From Eledone cirrhosa (lineage: Eukaryota): DNA of 64,000 bases. How positions within the stretch are numbered: the stretch's first letter is position 1; every line of letters starts with the position of its first letter. Under the pieces are notes generated by a model that was given only the letters and a program-made list of their open reading frames with translations, did no database searches and had not been told where the DNA came from. Of the stretch, positions 56,178-64,000 are shown one piece after another. A program made the position numbers and the translations under genes. The stretch is taken from positions 310,186,001-310,250,000 of the forward strand of contig OZ024740.1 in NCBI GenBank assembly GCA_964016885.1, read 5' to 3'.

Positions 56178-56290
56178 TACTCTTTACTCTTTTACCTGTT
56201 TCAGCCATCCGGCTGAGGCCATGCTGGGGCACCGTATATATAATATACATATATATATATATACATATATATATATACATATATATATAT

Positions 56291-56377
<87 letters not shown>

Positions 56378-56382
<5 letters not shown>

Positions 56383-56875
56383 AGTAATAATAATAAATCT
56401 GAAGACTAAAATCCAAAGAGGGCTCGATAATGATAAATATATATCAAATATATAAGAACCGTAGAGCAAATATATATATATATAATAAAATGTTCCAGTA
56501 TCGTGAGAGAGAATAGAGAGAAGAAGCATTATAGAAGGAGACAATAGAGATACTTAATTGCCATAAGCAGGTGGTTTAGTGCTCAATGCTTGTGAAGACA
56601 GGGTTACACATTCGAAGCCTTAATATTTAGTGTGCGAATTTAAGCAGAGCCATTATAATCGAAGAAATTGAAAATAGAGAAGCAGAGCGTTAAAATATAC
56701 TTATAAGGAGCTGTTACACCTGTTACGCCCAAATTGGGCTCCTCGGAGGTTCAGTGGGAACAAAAGGGTTTAATTAGGAACCCTGAATGGGTATGAATAC
56801 GATTTTAACATTGAAATTCATATCTCGGTGTTATAGAGTTAGCTGCTTAAGTTTAAGCAGCTAACTCTGTAACAT
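56378..56875 (-). mobile_element. Family E element in (TA)n with terminal hairpin and degenerate HHR-like motif
   Basis: Hairpin GTTATAGAGTTAGCTGCTTAA-gt-TTAAGCAGCTAACTCTGTAAC (56830-56873) abuts (TA)n. Minus strand CCGAGGA-GCCCA att TGGGC-GTAA-CAGGTG-TA at ~56712-56750. Its 3' end is shared with 36308-36400. Confidence 0.65.
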
Positions 56876-56906
56876 ATATATATATATACATATATATATA
56901 TGAATG

Positions 56907-56954
<48 letters not shown>

Positions 56955-57715
56955 GGTGTGTGTGTGTGTGTGTGTATCCCGAAATACAATGTTGCTCAAC
57001 ATGTAAATAACAAATTATTTAATTCATTCCTAGCTGGAATTATTGAATGGAAAGCCCCGGAGACGTTATTGCAATCGTAGGGACGCTATAAATTATTGCA
57101 TAAAATTGTTGAGGAAAATACTTCTTCTGGAAAATGCTTCTTCTTTTCATATGATAATACTAAACCTTGTACAACTTCAATTCTAGACAAATCTACGAAT
57201 GATTTTGTCAGAAATTTAATAACGCCATATATCATTGTAAAAATATTCACTGACAGTTGACAGGGATAAAATGTAACAATACCAAGCGTTGATATAGATC
57301 CAATTGATAAAATACTGTCATAGTTAAAGAAGGGAGACTATCCCTCATTTTCTTACAGACGTTAATACTACCTAAGTTCTGCCATCTGATCTATTTGAAA
57401 TATCGTTACCTCTGCCTTCATTGAGCTCTAGCAACGGGAATTTAACTTGTAGTTGAACTATGAATAGCAGACTTTTAATGTTACAATTCGAAAAAGAAAA
57501 AAGAGAATGTCATGGTAAATATATATACAAGATTTTTTTTTTATCTATGGACTTTCAGTTTAAATGTAGTTTAAATACGTAACTCAAGATATAATAAGGT
57601 TAAATTGCTATATCCTGCAAGTTGTGATATTCGAAGAACGCTGTAAATATTTGATTAAAAGTTCTCTCCTATGAAATAACGTTGTATCGGTTATTATTAA
57701 ATACAAATTTTACAT

Positions 57716-57905
57716 CGTGGTTTGGCAGTATCGGTAGAGCGTCAGGCGCCATGCTTTGCAGCATAGGAGTCATGGCCCTTTACGTTCTGATTTCAAATCC
57801 CGCCGAGGTTAACTTTGCCTTTGATCCTTACGGGGTCGATAAAATAAAGTACCATTAATGCATTGGGGTAATTGCTGGCCTTGTGCCAAAAGTAGAACGA
57901 ATTAT
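57716..57905 (+). mobile_element. tRNA-derived SINE, full length
   Basis: TGGCAGTATCGGTAGAGCG...TTCAAATCCCGCCGAGGTTAACTTTGCC...GGGGTCGATAAAATAAAGTACC...GCTGGCCTTGTGCCAAAAGTAGAA. Confidence 0.9.
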
Positions 57906-58450
57906 TGAATACAAATGTTGCCTTATTGATGTTGATATGATTATCGAGAACAGTGTTCAATGTAGGTATTGCTTTAAATATTTAACACCTTGTTAAATAC
58001 GCCCTAAATTGCAGCTTTCTCTAGATATGAAATGTATTAATATTACTGAATGTATCTTGTATAAATGTAACTATAATGCAGCTATTAGTATTTTGAAAGA
58101 AAATGTAAATTGCAGCATATGCTGTAATGTATTAAATAATCACGGAAATTTTAAGATATTTAATTTGTACATAATAAAAGTGTTGTAAACTGCAACCTAT
58201 CACTAGAATTTATTGTTGCGTAGGTTTAATTTTTCCACATTATTTTGGAATTTTGTAAATATATTAGTTATCAGAGAAGCAAATAACAATATCCATTCCC
58301 TTGTAATTCCATAAATATATTTATCCTAAAATTATTTTTGTTCTGACGTAACCAGTAAATAATATGTTGAAATATTTAATTTCTAAACAAATTCTTAAAA
58401 TAGTGCATGGTGCCATTCATATGGCATGGGTACTCTACTGCAAGTTTATA

Positions 58451-58501
<51 letters not shown>

Positions 58502-58870
58502 TGTATATATATATGTATATATGTATATATGTATATATGTATATATATAAAAAGAAAATTTTATAGCCATGGCAGTAGACTGGCCAGTCAGTTTCATGTA
58601 TACAAGGGATGAATGGCCTTTTTTCCAAATTCAAATAAAAAAAGAAAATTTCGCTCTACATGACTGAATACAATAAATGTAATCTGAGTTTTCGAATATT
58701 AATAATAGCATTTGATTCGTTTGCAATTTCGCAAACATGCCTCAATTTTATAGCCATGTCAGTAGAATGAACTCTTCATTCTTGCTCTTGTGTTTACACA
58801 TATATGTATATATATGTATATATATATATGTACACATATATGTATATATATGTATATATATGTATATATT

Positions 58871-58902
<32 letters not shown>

Positions 58903-58903
58903 C

Positions 58904-58966
<63 letters not shown>

Positions 58967-58979
58967 TAATAATAATAAT

Positions 58980-59724
58980 ATTATTTACAGTTATATATAC
59001 CCTATATATATACAACTAACTAGAAACAGGAAAGGTCAGTAACTCATTACCAGTAAGAAGAATAGCTCAATGCAAATACATTAGATATTTTACAGAGCAA
59101 GAATATAAATTACACAATAATCAAAACTATGTTCAAATCATTTTATTGCTGACAATCGTTTCTTCCAAACTTTCGTTTGGCCTCATCGGAGCAGTAGCAA
59201 AGTTTGGACACATAATTAACTTACTATTCAACTGAACAATCATATAGATACATGGATATTAATGTTGTCATGAACAGTTTCGTATTTACAGAGTGGAATG
59301 GATGTGACAGAGATTACAAGAGAATTGTATAAAAATTAAAGAGGCACAGTGTGGAATGCATGCGACAGAGATTACAAGGGAATAGTATAATAATTAAAGA
59401 GACATTAAGGTAGAAAGTTACTCGTAAAACGAGGATACTAGCAGTACATATGCTAGAGAGAGTGCAAATGCGTCAGGCATATACACGCTGCCTCTTTAAT
59501 TATTATACAATTCTCTTGTAATCTCTGTCACATCCATTCCACTCTGTAAATACGAAACTGTTGATGTCAACATTAATACCCATGTATCTATATGATTGTT
59601 CAGTTGAATAGGAAGTTAATTATATGTCCAAACTTTGCTAGTGCTCCGATGATTCCAAATGAAAGTTTGGAAGAAACGATTGTGAGCAATAAAATGATTT
59701 AAACATAGTTTTGATTATTGTGTA

Positions 59725-59727
<3 letters not shown>
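58980..59727 (-). mobile_element. Family F fold-back element with an HHR (U4C variant) in each arm
   Basis: Inverted arms of ~238 bp (59109-59346 / 59488-59727). HHRs at 59147-59193 (-) and 59642-59688 (+): TGCT-CCGATGA-(tt/gg)CCAAA(C/T) gaaa GTTTGGaa-GAAA-CGATTG-T(C/G)-AGCA-ATAAA. Internal ~59-bp tandem repeat. TA-rich flanks. Confidence 0.82.
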
Positions 59728-59767
<40 letters not shown>

Positions 59768-59795
59768 CATATATGTATATATATATATATACATA

Positions 59796-59873
59796 CAGGG
59801 TGTCCCCAAAAATGTATACACACTTCAACAGCATTCTAATCAAATTGAGTACACATTTTGGGTGGATAACCTA
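59796..59873. mobile_element. Tiny Tc1/mariner-type MITE
   Basis: TA-CAGGGTGTCCCCAAAAATGTATAC ... GTACACATTTTGGGTGGATAACCTA-TA, imperfect TIRs. Confidence 0.55.
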
Positions 59874-60299
59874 TATATACAGAGGGACGCGAGGCGTACT
59901 GGCAAGAGTATTGGACTTATGATTATGATTCTATGAGTTTGATTCCTAGATAGAGTTGTCTGTTGTGATCTTGAGCAAAGCACTTCATTTCATATTGTTC
60001 CAATATGAACAGCAGCTCTACAGGAGTCTTGTATACTCAATCACTTCACACTACTTATCCCGGGATAAGTACCGACCTGAAGACCCTCCAGGGCCCGGAC
60101 ATACTTTATATATTATGCATACTAGCAGAAAAACTGTCCGCGGGCTGATTTCTGCTAGCATATGTAGTGTGCGTATTGGTTTTATACGCAAATATATATG
60201 CTTATAGATATGATATGTAAATTGAAAAGTAACTGGACAATATCTTCTTCGACCACTTATTTCTGAGAAGATTGTGGGAGAAGAGTCCTCCTCAAACAT

Positions 60300-60875
60300 T
60301 CTTTCCAGTTAGTCTGTCAGAAGCAAACATCTCTAACTGATCCATCTGGATCCCAAAGCGTGAACACCCAAGCTCATGGATGTTATCCAGGTATCTTGCT
60401 CGGGATCTACCTCTGGGTCACTTTCTGGTTGGTTTTGCCTGTAAAATCTGTCCAGCGATTTTCTTTCTTGGGACATTCTAACCACATGTACATAGTATCG
60501 GAGCTGTGATCTCTGAATCCGGAGAAGTAGCGGCTCTACCAGAAGTGACTCTCTGGTCTCTGAGCTATGCCCTTTATCGAGTAACGTTACTCCAAAACCC
60601 TTCTGAAGAACCCCATTTCTGCCGTTTGTATTTGCGATTGTATTCTTTCGGTCATTACCCAAGATTCATGACCCTCGGTAAGGGTTGGCAGAAATACCAA
60701 GATGACAGCGAGTTTGGCTTTTACACCTACCTCCCTTCTTCTGATTACTGATGCTGAAACTCGCGCATTACTGCATCAGCTTTTGCAATTCTTGCACTTA
60801 ATTCAGCCTCCTGCATCCCATCACTCATGGTACTTGAACTTATCCAGCTGCTTCAGTGGAACTCTATTCACATGT
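60300..60875 (-). mobile_element. Decayed RTE LINE 3' fragment
   Basis: PLKQLDKFKY, VEPLLLRIQRSQLRYYVHVVRMSQER. Confidence 0.7.
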
Positions 60876-61014
60876 ATATAAATTTGAGCGACTTCTGTCC
60901 ATCTGTCCGTCACAAAATGTGTGTTTGTGTGTGTTTGTGTGAATATATGTGTATGTAAAAGGAAGGAAGGGGATACACACATATATGTCTCTAACTTTAA
61001 AACGGTGACACATG

Positions 61015-61135
<121 letters not shown>

Positions 61136-61146
61136 GACACACACAC

Positions 61147-61204
<58 letters not shown>

Positions 61205-61269
61205 CACACACGTCTCTAATTTAAGTATGCCGACAAACTCACACTCGCGCACATACACACATTGTTCTA

Positions 61270-61700
61270 TACTACTGAAGAGCCCTTGCCCAGGCAAACA
61301 TCCCTCAATTTTGAAACCGTCTGGGTTGTCCAGAATTGATGGGAAAAGACCTGACACTGGTCAAGAGGCAGATGCCTTGTCTGGGACATCACCGTTAGTG
61401 CTTCTCCCCACATCCTCGATGCAGCAGTAAGGGCGAGAGCCACAGTATCCGCAGCTTAACAGAATAAACCCCTAAACTACCGTGATATGTTGGCTGACTA
61501 CATTTTCCAGCCTGTGGCATTCGAGAGGTTTGGGTAAGTCGGGCTACTGACTGCGAGATTCTTATCTTCACTGGCTACTCACCTAACAGAGGTAATTGTT
61601 GAAACTCGTGAAGGCGCTTGGTTGTTCCAGTACCCCATCCTCGCCTTCACCCGAAGTAACGCTGCCAGTTTACATGCTTGCCTCAAACGTTATTAGAGAG
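61270..61700 (+). mobile_element. Decayed CRE-like LINE 3' fragment (restriction-like endonuclease)
   Basis: KPSGLSRIDGKRPD followed by RCLVWDIT in a shifted frame (DGKRPDG..L.WD.T motif), then PVAFERFG-like sequence. Confidence 0.6.
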
Positions 61701-61938
61701 GTTTCCCAAAGCTCCCCCCGATATTGTTATATTTTGCTCTGGTAGTAGATCGTTGTTGTAAGTGTCCTGGATGAATGTATTACCAGCTTGTGTGTTGTAT
61801 GTGGTCCTAGATATGTGTATTACCTGCTTGCAATATATGTATACGCGCATACGCACACATGTATACATACGCACACATATACATATACGCACGCACATAC
61901 ACGTCAGCGCGTTGAAAAACAACCAAATCTCTTCACCC

Positions 61939-62040
<102 letters not shown>

Positions 62041-62155
62041 GTGTGTGTGTGTGTGTGTGACTGAAGTAATTCCGTCGGAAAGGTCCGGGAAAAAAGAGTG
62101 CCCTATGTAGGTTACAGGGCGTATTAGTTGTGTAATAAACGACATAAGATAATTA

Positions 62156-62215
62156 TTTCATTTACCAGTGGTTTCTTGAAAGCAAACAAATTTGCTTTCA
62201 GTCGTCAGATTGAAA
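62156..62215 (-). ncRNA. Type-I hammerhead ribozyme (left arm of family G)
   Basis: Exact reverse complement of 62327-62386. Confidence 0.8.
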
Positions 62216-62326
62216 AAATCCTGCTGTTTTTATTGAATGTGGATTTGAAAACAAAAATATAAGCCTCACTTTCATATTTTTATATTTTTGATATCAAATC
62301 AACATTCAATAAAAACACCAGGATTT

Positions 62327-62386
62327 TTTCAATCTGACGACTGAAAGCAAATTTGTTTGCTTTCAAGAAACCACTGGTAAATGAAA
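62327..62386 (+). ncRNA. Type-I hammerhead ribozyme (right arm of family G)
   Basis: TTTCAaT-CTGACGA-cTGAAAGCAAA tttg TTTGCTTTCAa-GAAA-CCAcTGG-TA-AaTGAAA: 10-bp stem II, GUA triplet. Confidence 0.8.
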
Positions 62387-62509
62387 TAATTATCTTATGT
62401 TGTTTATTACATAACTAAAAAAAAATATTTATATATATATATCCAGTGTTAACCTAATATAAACCTTCCATATACTGTACCGATTGTGTTGTTATTTTTG
62501 TTTACCTTT

Positions 62510-62675
<166 letters not shown>

Positions 62676-63052
62676 GAGAGAGAGAATGGAAAACGAAGAA
62701 TCAGTAATGCATCGGAACTGTTACAAATTCGAGGTGCGAACTATGTGTGGATCTACCTGACTCTAGTTTCGCAGGTTCCTCGGACACATCTATTGATTTC
62801 GGATCATATCCTCTTTCTGAGGTTTTCTCGCCCTACAAGCCTATATCGACCACCTTCATCCGCTTTGCGCGTCCTTGGGTTGGTCCCTGGTTAGTGACGT
62901 CATCATTATTCTGACCACTTGTATCAGCCCGGTGACTGTCAGCGCGTGGGCTGTCACTCGCCCACTGCCCCGAGTGTCTTTGGATCTGGGATTGTATTTG
63001 GAATTTTAAAATATGTTCTGGACGCTGTCCAGCACTCAGCCCTTTATTATAG

Positions 63053-63194
<142 letters not shown>

Positions 63195-63290
63195 CAAAGT
63201 GATATTTTATTTGTTGCATATTCAACAAATGTATTTATAACAGGTTCGAAGCACTCTACAGTTTTTTCTGGAGTATAATAACCATATATA

Positions 63291-63379
<89 letters not shown>

Positions 63380-63536
63380 GTATATATATTGTTATTATAC
63401 TGATATAGGGGTTGCCTCCCTTGCCGATCCCCACGTGGGGTCAGCAATAGTCAGTCCTTGTATTAACATTGAACTAAAACCTGTTGAGAAAGCGGCTTCC
63501 TTGTTCAATCATCTTACCAGAAGCCTAACATTATTT

Positions 63537-63720
63537 ATTGGCAGTATCGGTAGAGGGTCGAACGCCATGCTTTGACGCATAGAGTTACGGCCCTTGCCAT
63601 TCTGAGTTCAAATTCCTCCGAGGTTAACTTTGCCTTTCATCCTTATGGGGTCGATAAAATAAAGTACCAGTAATGCACTGGGTAATTGCTGGCCTTGTGC
63701 CAAAAAGTAGAAACAATTAT
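63537..63720 (+). mobile_element. tRNA-derived SINE, full length
   Basis: Matches the family consensus from the A box to the AGAAACAATTAT tail. Confidence 0.9.
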
Positions 63721-64000
63721 TTATGTAAGCGCACAGTACGTGATTTAGGAGTCACAGAAACCCAAATGCTGGATTTTACCAACATTCCAGGGGTCCGGGT
63801 AAATTTTTCAATCACATATATTTTTATTTGTTTCTCGATATTTTATTTGTATTAATCTCCAGCTATTGACCAGTTAATTTTCTTGATATTTTAGTTGATT
63901 CTATTGAATGATGAATAGCTTATGTTAACTTTAACCCTTCTGTTGAGAATTCTATTCGATTTGTGATGTTTTGCATTCTTGCAATAATATACACAACTGA

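Larger units (their letters stand above)
62060..62420 (-). mobile_element. Family G fold-back element with an intact HHR in both arms
   Basis: Inverted arms of ~138 bp (62124-62262 / 62280-62418), lying between (TG)n and an A/TA tract. Confidence 0.85.

Noticed and set aside
62757-62790. Minus-strand CCGAGGA-acctgc-GAAA-CTAGAG-TC
   Set aside because: No stem II or adjacent stem I pairing.

Overview
AT-rich, microsatellite-dense eukaryotic DNA. The SINE repertoire points to a mollusc, most likely an octopus (inference). Most listed ORFs are translations of (TA)n, (CA)n or (GA)n tracts. The real content is two Penelope-like retroelements (PLEs; RT with GLYRDDGL plus a C-terminal GIY-YIG nuclease, Naiad-like), many tRNA-derived SINEs, decayed RTE, R4-like and CRE-like LINEs, two small TIR MITEs, and one candidate small single-pass membrane-protein gene ending in a PDZ-ligand-like EFYV. 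The most striking feature is a set of about 10 unrelated families of short non-coding elements that sit in microsatellites, mostly (TA)n. Nearly all carry minimal type-I hammerhead ribozyme (HHR) cores and share one layout: an inverted (fold-back) copy at the 5' end, then the body, then the microsatellite. Two families also occur as head-to-tail ~590-660 nt retrozyme-like multimers. In two multicopy families the fold-back point is essentially fixed, yet the two arms of a given copy share variants private to that copy. This suggests the hairpin is rebuilt at every insertion. One HHR carries the compensatory U3:A8 core variant. All ribozyme calls were made by eye and are untested.
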